42,261 nt of DNA, taken from Candidatus Micrarchaeota archaeon (GTDB taxonomy: Archaea; Micrarchaeota; Micrarchaeia; Burarchaeales; JAKAKT01). The DNA lies in contig JBDRKD010000034.1 of the NCBI GenBank assembly GCA_043814255.1, forward strand, positions 1-42,261, written 5' to 3'. The notes under the pieces were generated by a model. It was not told the DNA's origin and ran no database searches. It was given only the letters and a program-made list of their open reading frames with translations. Both the position numbers and the translations under genes were made by a program. Below are positions 21,742-30,114 of this stretch, piece by piece (positions within the stretch are counted from its first letter, which is position 1; each line of letters begins with the position of its first letter).

Positions 21742-22443
21742 TCACCTGAACGTTGTTTCGCTGAAAACCTGTTCCTTTGGAAATACAACTACCCCAGTTT
21801 TTGTCATCTTGAACGGCACAACCTTGCTCATGTGGTCACACGCTCTCATCTTTATGACTTCAATGGCCCTCATCCTGAGATTTCCTTTCTCTAGATTGTA
21901 TAGGAAGACTATGCCATCACTTACGAAATGTTCCAACTCAAACAGTGTTCCCTTTCTCTCCATGCTAGGGAACTCGGCCGTGATGAGTGTCGTGCAGTTG
22001 AATCGTTTGAGGAACCCAACAAGGTTGAAGAGATTCTTCCTGAATTCAAGAGGTTCTTTGAAGTATATCTTGAGCAGTGTTGACGAATCAATGACGACCC
22101 TCTTCAGTCCCTTATCAGTTACCAAGTCCTGAACAACATCCATGAAATGCTCGAAATTGAATTTCTCAACAGATGCGACAACAATATCCTTGTTCTTGAT
22201 GTGCTCTTCAAAACCCTCCCAGCTATATGTCGATTTGATGTTTTCTACTATTGCCAAAGGATCCTCTTCTAGGGATATAAACATTCCCTTCTCCCCTAGT
22301 TTGGCTCCACCATACAGGAACTGCATACACAAGGTGGTCTTTCCAGTCCCTGGACCCCCACATATGAGGACATTATGTTTGTGGGGTATACCTCCTGAAA
22401 GCAACTCATCAAGCCCATCCAAACCGCTCTTGATCTTCTCCAT
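21742..22443 (-). CDS. KaiC/GvpD/RAD55-family ATPase
   Basis: Walker A GGPGTGKT, SLEE, Walker B RVVIDS, and IEVIKMR. Confidence 0.93.
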   Translation of the reverse strand: MEKIKSGLDGLDELLSGGIPHKHNVLICGGPGTGKTTLCMQFLYGGAKLGEKGMFISLEEDPLAIVENIKSTYSWEGFEEHIKNKDIVVASVEKFNFEHFMDVVQDLVTDKGLKRVVIDSSTLLKIYFKEPLEFRKNLFNLVGFLKRFNCTTLITAEFPSMERKGTLFELEHFVSDGIVFLYNLEKGNLRMRAIEVIKMRACDHMSKVVPFKMTKTGVVVFPKEQVFSETTFR

Positions 22444-22690
22444 CTGACCACCACCAAACCGCGCCGAACCCAGGGGGCACATCCGATTTGTCACTTTGGC
22501 GACAAATGGACCACAAGTGCCCGAGCACTTGTCGGTCCCCCCTAGGGTTGAGGCCCTATTTTTGCCCGTGCAAAAATGGGCATATTTGTGCTTGCACAAA
22601 TAATGTCCTCCTGACCCCCCTGACGAAATACACTCTCCTGACCCTCCCCCGCGAAGCCCAGTATAGCCTTCGCAAGAGGTCAGAGTTTTC
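22444..22690 (-). ncRNA. Candidate structured cis-regulatory leader RNA of the KaiC-V4R operon
   Basis: At least six near-perfect hairpins plus an enclosing stem. Most G-U wobbles favour the minus strand. No family recognised. Confidence 0.5.
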
Positions 22691-22740
22691 TCTTTTTACT
22701 TCGCATTAGACTTTTAATAGTCTTTCTATTAAATTCTTGC

Positions 22741-23466
22741 ATGGAGAAGAAGAACAGGAAGCCGCTCATCGTTGAGTTCGAGGCCTCCCACGATGGCTGC
22801 CCTGCCATAGAGAGCACATTAAAGGTCCATGACAGCTCTACCAGGTACATAATGACCTCAGGTTCCGATGGCAAAAACACATACGGTGTCGAGGAGTTCC
22901 GGTCTCCGGAGATAGAGAAGCTTGTTGAGAAATACGCCAAGCACCCCGGGATAAGGAAAATAGACGTGCTCATGAAGAAGGGTGACAGGGCATTGGTGAG
23001 CATAATCTACCCCAAGGACACGCTGTTCGTGCACTCGGCAGGCAGGACCGGATGCGTCGTTCTCCCGTTCACCGGCACCGTGGGCGGAGTAGACCATTAC
23101 ACAATCCTTGCGCCCTCTGAGAAATCCTATGCAAAGCTAATGGCCCTCCTCGAAGAGAAATTCGAGTTCAAGCTCAAGAGCAAGCACTTCCTGAAACCGA
23201 AAGAGGAGCTCGCGCTCGACGCATTCAACACAAGCGGTTTCCTGAAGCTGGCTTCCGCGAACAAGCTGCTGACGGAAAGGCAGGTGGCAGCATTCGAGCT
23301 TGCATGCAAGAGGGGCTATTACGCGCGGTCGAAGAAGACGACGCTTGAGGAACTCGCCAGGGAGCTGGGGATTTCAAAACCAGCATACGCGGAGTTGCTC
23401 AGGAAAGCAGAGAGCAAACTACTGCCTGTTTTCAACGAGATATTGGCGCTCCTGCGCCTTAGGTGA
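22741..23466 (+). CDS. Bat/HTH-10 family transcriptional regulator
   Basis: C-terminal LTERQVAAFELACKRGYY...TTLEELARELGISK...LLRKAESKL. Confidence 0.9.
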   Translation: MEKKNRKPLIVEFEASHDGCPAIESTLKVHDSSTRYIMTSGSDGKNTYGVEEFRSPEIEKLVEKYAKHPGIRKIDVLMKKGDRALVSIIYPKDTLFVHSAGRTGCVVLPFTGTVGGVDHYTILAPSEKSYAKLMALLEEKFEFKLKSKHFLKPKEELALDAFNTSGFLKLASANKLLTERQVAAFELACKRGYYARSKKTTLEELARELGISKPAYAELLRKAESKLLPVFNEILALLRLR

Positions 23467-23539
23467 TGCTCCCTCTCCACTTACACCACCATACAGGTAA
23501 GGCACCAGATGGAAGTACCTGAAAGCGCAAAACTTATAT

Positions 23540-24289
23540 ATGCATATCAATGCCGTTTGGAAGAACACGTGCAGGATACTTCTCCGGGAGGAGATAGGTG
23601 ACCTTGAGGACTACAGGGATTATCTCCTTAGGTTTGTTGAGGGTGTGGTGGAGCAGAAGTCCGCAATCTCCGGGAAGAGTACACATGTCTCTTCGTCTGA
23701 TTTCTGCGCAGGTGCGGAATTCGTGGGCGGGGATGAGATTGCGGAATACGCGAGGATGATGGAGGGATCGCCACTCAACATAAACGAGGTCAAGGACATC
23801 GACTCGGTCCTTGAGGCGCTCTCGGAACGGCTTTACTACGCAGGCGACATAACCCTCGGAAAGGGCAAGGAAGTGGAGAAAAGCAACAGGTGCGTAAACT
23901 CATCATCCGTCTACAATTCGAACGGCATATACGACAGCAAGTACATGGCGTTCTGCTCTATGCTCAGGTATGGCGAATGCAATTTCGGCTGTTCCATAGG
24001 GGGCGGCATAAGCTTCTCGATAAAGTGCTTCGATGGCGACAGGACGGTGCGCTGCTTCGAAGTCGCCAGGACCTACATATCCACCGATTGCTACTATGTA
24101 GCCAACTTCGAAAACTGCAAGAACTGCATGTTCTCCTTCAACCTCCGGAACAAGAGCAGGCATATAGGGAACATTCCTCTCTCGCAAAACAAATACCAAC
24201 AGCTCAGCGAGAAGCTCATAGAAGAAATAAAAGGAGAGCTGGAAACTAAGAAAGAAGTGCCTTCAATCATGGAGATAATCGGTGGATAA
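23540..24289 (+). CDS. Cys-rich repeat protein (putative beta-helix), paralog A
   Basis: Motifs CNFGC, CFE, CYYVANFENCKNCMFSFNLR and IGN. Confidence 0.8.
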   Translation: MHINAVWKNTCRILLREEIGDLEDYRDYLLRFVEGVVEQKSAISGKSTHVSSSDFCAGAEFVGGDEIAEYARMMEGSPLNINEVKDIDSVLEALSERLYYAGDITLGKGKEVEKSNRCVNSSSVYNSNGIYDSKYMAFCSMLRYGECNFGCSIGGGISFSIKCFDGDRTVRCFEVARTYISTDCYYVANFENCKNCMFSFNLRNKSRHIGNIPLSQNKYQQLSEKLIEEIKGELETKKEVPSIMEIIGG

Positions 24290-25063
24290 ATGAAAAAGGT
24301 AGAAAGAGCGTTTGGGAAAACAACCGCGTTGTTGTTTGGAAAGGAGTTGTCCCCCCTCATCGCCTTCGAAAGCTGGCTTGAACACCATATCGCTAAGATA
24401 ATCAAAGTGAAATCTGCTGTGAGTGATGAGAGCGTATATATGCCTACGGTGCAGTTCTACAAACACAGTCAAAAGAATTTCGTAACTTTGGAGGAGTCGC
24501 TGAAGCTTGGAGAACTCCGTGCTCAGCTTCCAGAACTCGAGACTATGAGGCTTTCGAATGCTGCCCAAACGCTCGAAAGAATAAGGTGTTTCTCACCAGA
24601 TGCGAGGGTAGGGGATAACACAGAGGTCGAGGAATCTGCAACTTATGGATATTCGCATTTCATTTTCAGATGTTCGTTTCCCCATACGACTAAATATGCA
24701 GCATACTGCTTCTGGCCGCGTGAATCCGAGTACGTCTTTGGCTGTTCGATGGTGTTCTCAAGCAGTTTCTGCATAAACTGCTATCATTCAGAGAACCTGA
24801 CGCGCTGCTTCGAGGTCAGCGACTCGCAGTCGTGCACCGACTCCTACTTCTGTCACAACTGCGAGAACGTCCGAGACAGCATGTTCTGCTTCAACACCAA
24901 GGGAAAGAGGTATGCCATAGGCAACGTTGAGTTCGGGAGAGAGAAGTACATACAGGTAAAGAGGCTTGTGCTCTCTGACCTGCTGAAGGCACTCGAGGAG
25001 AACTGCGAAATAAAGCTCAGCATCTACAATGTAGCCTGCTACAAGAGAAATGCCATAGGTTAG
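24290..25063 (+). CDS. Cys-rich repeat protein (putative beta-helix), paralog B
   Basis: SEYVFGC and FCINCYHSENLTRCFEVSDSQSCTDSYFCHNCENVRDSMFCFN...YAIGN; clearly paralogous to the upstream gene. Confidence 0.82.
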   Translation: MKKVERAFGKTTALLFGKELSPLIAFESWLEHHIAKIIKVKSAVSDESVYMPTVQFYKHSQKNFVTLEESLKLGELRAQLPELETMRLSNAAQTLERIRCFSPDARVGDNTEVEESATYGYSHFIFRCSFPHTTKYAAYCFWPRESEYVFGCSMVFSSSFCINCYHSENLTRCFEVSDSQSCTDSYFCHNCENVRDSMFCFNTKGKRYAIGNVEFGREKYIQVKRLVLSDLLKALEENCEIKLSIYNVACYKRNAIG

Positions 25064-25119
25064 TTTTTTTAACTTAACCACTAATATCTCTCCGTGAATT
25101 AATCATGGGGGGTGCAATA

Positions 25120-25806
25120 ATGAAAAAAATAACTAGAAGGGACCTTGTGTTTCTCGCACTATTCGGAGTTGCAGCGCTTATCGCAGCCCAAATAAACTTC
25201 TCTCAGATACTTGGGGCCGAGAACCAAGCGTTTACCCTGTTCCAGTTCTTCGGTCCAACCGCAGCAGCGTTCCTAGGGCCTGTTCTTGGGATAGGGGCGA
25301 TACTCTCAGCAGAGATTGCGAATTTTGCCCTGCTCGGCAAGTCAGTTACGTTCATAAACATTGCAAGGCTTTTCCCAATGCTATTCGCAGCATACTATTT
25401 CGCGAAGGGAAGGAACCTGCTTGGAATCGGCCTTCCGTTGCTATGCATGGCTGCATTCATGTTCCACCCAATAGGGGGGCAGGCGTGGTTATATTCCCTC
25501 TACTGGCTGATACCTGTGGCGGCGGCATATCTCCCGAACAGGCTGTTCCTGCGTTCTCTTGGGGCAACATTCACGGCACACGCAATCGGAAGCACGCTCT
25601 GGCTTTATACATTCGAGACAACACCTGCGTTCTGGATGATGCTCATCCCAATAGTCGCGTTTGAGAGACTGATGTTCGCCTCAGGAATCACAGTCTCCTA
25701 TGTTGCCATGAACACAGTGCTCGCAAAGCTCGAGACCAGATTCAACATGAGGAGCATCAACATAGACCCGAGGTACATAATACAAAGTAGAATTGTATCG
25801 GGCTAA
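25120..25806 (+). CDS. Hypothetical multi-pass membrane protein (possibly ECF S-component-like)
   Basis: About six or seven TMs; motifs FTLFQFFGP, HPIG, YSLYWLIP and LGATFTAHAIG. Function not established. Confidence 0.75.
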   Translation: MKKITRRDLVFLALFGVAALIAAQINFSQILGAENQAFTLFQFFGPTAAAFLGPVLGIGAILSAEIANFALLGKSVTFINIARLFPMLFAAYYFAKGRNLLGIGLPLLCMAAFMFHPIGGQAWLYSLYWLIPVAAAYLPNRLFLRSLGATFTAHAIGSTLWLYTFETTPAFWMMLIPIVAFERLMFASGITVSYVAMNTVLAKLETRFNMRSINIDPRYIIQSRIVSG

Positions 25807-25819
25807 CGTCCACTACCTC

Positions 25820-25838
25820 TATTTTTTATTTTATTTTT
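25820..25838 (+). terminator. Oligo-T archaeal-type terminator
   Basis: T-rich tract TATTTTTTATTTTATTTTT shortly after the 25806 stop. Confidence 0.45.
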
Positions 25839-25884
25839 CCAACTTCTAGTTAACTATTTAAATTACATTCCCCCCCAAGTATCC

Positions 25885-26190
25885 GGCAATGGGATAGATT
25901 GGGGGGCTAGGGGTCTCCTGTTACCGCAAATCCCCTTAGGCGGAATCGAACAGTTGGAAGAGGTGCCAACAGTCTGCATTGGCCCCGAATCACGACGCTT
26001 GAAACTCTGCCTCGTGGGATGGGTTTTTGTATGAACCGGGTCAGGCCGGAAGGAGCAGCCCTATGTGCAAACCAGGGGAGAATCTTCTCCTCCGGGCAAA
26101 ACAACCTATGCTCTGCGAGTCACAGAGCGTAGTACGGGTTTGGGATCACCATACAGGTTATTGGTTTCGATTCCTTCTCCTCTCATTGCC
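25885..26190 (+). ncRNA. ffs: Archaeal SRP RNA (7S)
   Basis: Helix 8 motif GGGTCAGGCCGGAAGGAGCAGCCC; Alu-like 5' domain GGGGGGCTAGGGG...CTGTTACCGCAAATCCCC; termini GGCAATGGGA/TCTCATTGCC pair; about 306 nt. Confidence 0.9.
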
Positions 26191-26196
26191 ATTTAT

Positions 26197-26351
26197 GCTG
26201 AGGTCGCCTAGCCTGGTAGGGCGGTAGCCTGCTAAGCTATTGGGCTTATGCCTACGAGGGTTCGAACCGAAATCCCCTTTCTTAGGAAGAAAAGGTCTCT
26301 CGACATATACCCCAAAAGAAAACAATGGGGTTGAAAATCCCTCCCTCAGCG
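26197..26351 (+). tRNA. tRNA-Ser(GCT) with non-canonical T-loop intron (~26267-26337)
   Basis: Acceptor stem GCTGAGG/CCTCAGC, anticodon arm GTAGC-CTGCTAA-GCTAT, and a long variable arm. The T-stem GAGGG/CCCTC is split by about 71 nt. No encoded CCA. Confidence 0.88.
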
Positions 26352-26655
26352 CATTTCTTTCTTAGTAGTTTTGACCCTTTTGGTTCAGCATTTCCCAGAG
26401 GGTAAATTTAAGCAGCTGGTACGGAGAAACAGAGAGGCACAGCAGCGCATCCAAAAAAGGCCATGCGAGGAAAAGGCAAAGGGACAGAAGGCTTAACGAA
26501 CGAATAAAGAAGGCGATGGAAAGGGCGGAGAGCACAGTTTCACGGAGAGAGAAGAGGAAGAAATGACATCTTCCATTCTAGTTCTTACTAAACTTATAGC
26601 AATCATCAACGAGATGAAAAAGGATATAAATGAGCTACACGTCGTTTTATCTATA

Positions 26656-27729
26656 ATGGAAATCAACCCGGGCGCAATAATCAGGGACGCACTCCACAGT
26701 TCGTTCCACAAGGCAAAAGGCAAGATATACATCTTCCTGTCGGCAATATGCCTTGGCTCGATCGGAATGCTCGTGAAACTCATAGGGGCCAGCGATATCC
26801 ATTACATGACGCTCAACTTCTACAGGATATTCTTCGGCTTCATATTCCTCTTAATCATCGTACCATCCTTGGACAAGCAGACATTCAAGATAACAAAGAA
26901 GGATGCAAAAGATTTCTTACTAGTGGGCATGCTCCTGGCAATATCATTATCCCTATACACCACAGCCAACCTATTCACATCGATACAGAGCGCAGTGCTC
27001 ATACACTATTCATATCCATTCTTTGTGCTAATATTCGCTTATCTTATACTAAAGGAGCAGGTAACCAGAACAAAGATCATCACCCTCGTCATAGCAATTA
27101 TCGGTCTGGCAATCCTAAATCCCCTTGATTTGGGCGCAAATAACTTCGGAAACATACTGGCGCTTATAGGGGCAATATTCTTTGCGGCTTTGGTAACCGA
27201 AATGAGAAAAGAGGACAAGACGCACGGGATTGGGGATGTGGTCTGGTTCTTCTTTTTCGCATCGCTCCTACTCCTCCCAGCCCCATTCATCTTCGGTTTC
27301 GGCGACTTGTCAAACGTATTCATCTACGTGCTCGTGTTGGGCGTTATCTCAACAGGGTTGGCGTACTTTCTCTACAACATTGCGCTCGAGACAATCGAAG
27401 CAGAAATGGCGTCCATAATATCCATGATAACAACGCCACTTGTAGCAATATCCCTCGCAGTTCTCATAATCGGCGAAACGCTCAGCCCCAAGATCATGAT
27501 TGGCGGGTCATTACTGATACTCTCAGGCATCTACTTACAGACGTACCTATATACCCAGAAGTACATCAACAGACTCATAATATTCCTCTCAAACCACACC
27601 CATATAAACAACGGTGAGGCATTTGGCGCTGTCGAAAAACTCAAGAACGGGATAAAGAATTCTACTTCGAGACTCCGTCGCAGGCATATCCCCCTCCGCG
27701 TACGTCGTAACCGCACATATTTTAAATGA
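26656..27729 (+). CDS. DMT/EamA family transporter
   Basis: Ten TMs in two repeats; YSYPFFV...LKEQ and PLVAISLAVLIIGETL. Start uncertain (ORF from 26563). Confidence 0.88.
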   Translation: MEINPGAIIRDALHSSFHKAKGKIYIFLSAICLGSIGMLVKLIGASDIHYMTLNFYRIFFGFIFLLIIVPSLDKQTFKITKKDAKDFLLVGMLLAISLSLYTTANLFTSIQSAVLIHYSYPFFVLIFAYLILKEQVTRTKIITLVIAIIGLAILNPLDLGANNFGNILALIGAIFFAALVTEMRKEDKTHGIGDVVWFFFFASLLLLPAPFIFGFGDLSNVFIYVLVLGVISTGLAYFLYNIALETIEAEMASIISMITTPLVAISLAVLIIGETLSPKIMIGGSLLILSGIYLQTYLYTQKYINRLIIFLSNHTHINNGEAFGAVEKLKNGIKNSTSRLRRRHIPLRVRRNRTYFK

Positions 27730-27759
27730 CAGCAGATAATCTACTAATGGGGTGAGCCG

Positions 27760-28140
27760 ATGCGTGAATTAACTATAGTCACCGAGAATAGGGTGGGGGC
27801 CCTCGCCGATGTATGCGAAGCGCTGGGCCATGTGGGCGTAAACGTGTCTTCTATATCAGCACATGGATATGCGAACAAGGGAATCATTCGGCTCGTGACC
27901 AGCGATGAGATAACTGCAAAGAAGACACTTGAGAAGATTGGTATGAACGTTGTGCTCGGGGATTTGTTAATTGTAAAGATACCTGATAGGCCAGGCGAGA
28001 TTGGGAAACTGACCAGAAAACTCTCCGATTTCAACATCAATATAGAAGGTATCTATCTCCTTGGGAGGTCCAACAGTCGCCTTGAGATGGCTATAAAACC
28101 AGACGACATACAGAAGGCTTCCCAGGCAATTAAGCGTTAG
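27760..28140 (+). CDS. Tandem ACT domain protein
   Basis: ENRVGALADV...VNV and PDRPGEIGKL...INI. Confidence 0.88.
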   Translation: MRELTIVTENRVGALADVCEALGHVGVNVSSISAHGYANKGIIRLVTSDEITAKKTLEKIGMNVVLGDLLIVKIPDRPGEIGKLTRKLSDFNINIEGIYLLGRSNSRLEMAIKPDDIQKASQAIKR

Positions 28141-28273
28141 CTAATTGTTCTTTTTTAATCTACTTTCGGGAATAATATTTATTATAAATGTACATAAAGA
28201 TTCATCAATGAACCAAAATGTTTATAAATGCCACACACATAATTATAGAGCATCAGATACTAGAGGTGTTCAT

Positions 28274-29590
28274 ATGGACAGAGACGATGTGAAAATAATG
28301 TTGACAAATGACGAGATGCCTAGGAGATGGTACAACATCGTGTCCGATCTCCCTGAGAGCTGCCCGCCCCCATTGAACCCACAGACGAACGAGCCAATTG
28401 GCCCGAAGGATCTTGCCCCGATATTCCCGATGGGGCTCATAAAACAGGAGGTCAGTACAGAGAGATACACCGATATACCTGAGGAGATAACCGAAGCGTA
28501 TATCAGGCTGGGACGCCCAACCCCCCTCTACAGGGCCAGGCGCCTTGAGAGATACTTGAAAACACCTGCGAAGATTTATTTCAAACGGGAGGATGTGTCT
28601 TTCGTGGGTTCACACAAGGTCAACACTGCGATTCCTCAGGCGTACTACAACATGAAGGAGGGCGTTGAGCAACTGATTACCGAGACAGGTGCCGGGCAGT
28701 GGGGTTCTGCCCTTAGCCTTGCAACTCAGATGTTTGGGTTGAAATGCCAGGTATTCATGGTCAAGGTCTCATATGAGCAGAAGCCATACAGGAAATATGT
28801 GATGAAGCTGTATGGCGCGCAAATCTACCCATCTCCAAGCAAGGAAACTAAATATGGCCAGAGGGTCCTTGAGAAGGACCCTAACTGCGCAGGAAGCCTT
28901 GGGATTGCAATAAGCGAGGCAATAGAGGTAGCGGTCGGGGATGATGCATCCAAGTATTCGCTCGGAAGTGTTCTGAATCACGTGATGCTCCATCAGTCAA
29001 TTATAGGCCAGGAGGTTCGTGCCCAGTTGGACAAAGTCGATGCAACTCCAGATATTATGGTCGGATGTGTCGGAGGGGGTTCCAACTACGCTGGATTCGC
29101 ATTTCCCTTTATTGGGGAGCAGCTGAGGAAGGGAAAGACAAATACCGAGTTTGTTGCAGTGGAACCAACAGCATGTCCAACTCTAACTGGGAGCGAGACA
29201 GGCGAATCGAAATATGACTACGACTTCGGGGATACGGCTGGCCTAACCCCGATGCTTAAGATGTACACGTTGGGCCACGAATTCATCCCACCGCCAATCC
29301 ATGCAGGCGGACTTCGATACCATGGGATGGCCCCAACAGTGTCCCTACTGTATAAGCATAACATCATACGCGCCGAGGCATACAATCAGCAGAGGGCATT
29401 TGAGGCAGCCCGTATCTTCATAAAGACCGAAGGCATAATCCCTGCTCCAGAGACATCGCATGCAATCGTATCTGTAATCGAACATGCGGCGAGGTGCAAG
29501 GAAAGCGGAGATGGAAAGACTATTGTGTTCAACTTCAGCGGGCACGGTCTTCTTGACCTCCAGAGCTATGCCGACGTCCTTAGCCTCTAG
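28274..29590 (+). CDS. trpB2: Stand-alone tryptophan synthase beta-like enzyme (TrpB2)
   Basis: GSHKVNTA (PLP Lys), [27 protein letters not shown] and SGHG. Confidence 0.94.
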   Translation: MDRDDVKIMLTNDEMPRRWYNIVSDLPESCPPPLNPQTNEPIGPKDLAPIFPMGLIKQEVSTERYTDIPEEITEAYIRLGRPTPLYRARRLERYLKTPAKIYFKREDVSFVGSHKVNTAIPQAYYNMKEGVEQLITETGAGQWGSALSLATQMFGLKCQVFMVKVSYEQKPYRKYVMKLYGAQIYPSPSKETKYGQRVLEKDPNCAGSLGIAISEAIEVAVGDDASKYSLGSVLNHVMLHQSIIGQEVRAQLDKVDATPDIMVGCVGGGSNYAGFAFPFIGEQLRKGKTNTEFVAVEPTACPTLTGSETGESKYDYDFGDTAGLTPMLKMYTLGHEFIPPPIHAGGLRYHGMAPTVSLLYKHNIIRAEAYNQQRAFEAARIFIKTEGIIPAPETSHAIVSVIEHAARCKESGDGKTIVFNFSGHGLLDLQSYADVLSL

Positions 29591-29634
29591 TCCAATGGCA
29601 TTCTGTCAGTTGCCGCTCTCCACCTGGCGGAATG

Positions 29635-30114
29635 TCATTTCACCAAACACTCTTCCCGCGTTTTGTTTACGTGCCAGCACATCTCCTTCCCAGGAGGCGT
29701 TACCCTAAACTCTGCATCGTATATCTGGGAACATCGGAAGTGGAATCTTTCTTCGAACGTCATCTCCTCTTCTGAGGCGATTCTCATAGTGGAATTCTTT
29801 TCTATCTTCCCTTCTATGGGGGCACTAAAGACAAACGTGACTGTGAACTCACCAGACCTTTCCTCAAGGTTCTTGACAGTTACTGATGCCCCACCGACGC
29901 AGAAGACATCCATCTGGTATGGATCAAGTAATCTGACTTCTCCCGCGCTGTAGTTGAAATCAACCATCTGGCACACATACCGTTCGTACGTGATATTCCT
30001 ACAGCTTACAACATCATAGTGTATAGTATCGTTTTCGTCAGTTCCCTCCTGAGTCACCTCGTCCACACAACCGAGCATAAGCCCGACGAACAACACAACA
30101 ACAGCCAATTTCAT
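29635..30114 (-). CDS. Putative lipoprotein
   Basis: Signal peptide with MLGC lipobox; beta-rich body with several Cys. Confidence 0.75.
   Translation of the reverse strand: MKLAVVVLFVGLMLGCVDEVTQEGTDENDTIHYDVVSCRNITYERYVCQMVDFNYSAGEVRLLDPYQMDVFCVGGASVTVKNLEERSGEFTVTFVFSAPIEGKIEKNSTMRIASEEEMTFEERFHFRCSQIYDAEFRVTPPGKEMCWHVNKTREECLVK

Noticed and set aside
22444-22599. Cys-containing N-terminal extension of the KaiC-like protein
   Set aside because: The KaiC domain starts at MEKIKSG with GGTGG upstream; the extension coincides with the hairpins and is better explained as non-coding.
22444-22690. RNase P RNA or CRISPR array as the explanation for the hairpins
   Set aside because: No GAGGAAAGTCC-type RNase P motif, and no identical repeats separated by unique spacers.
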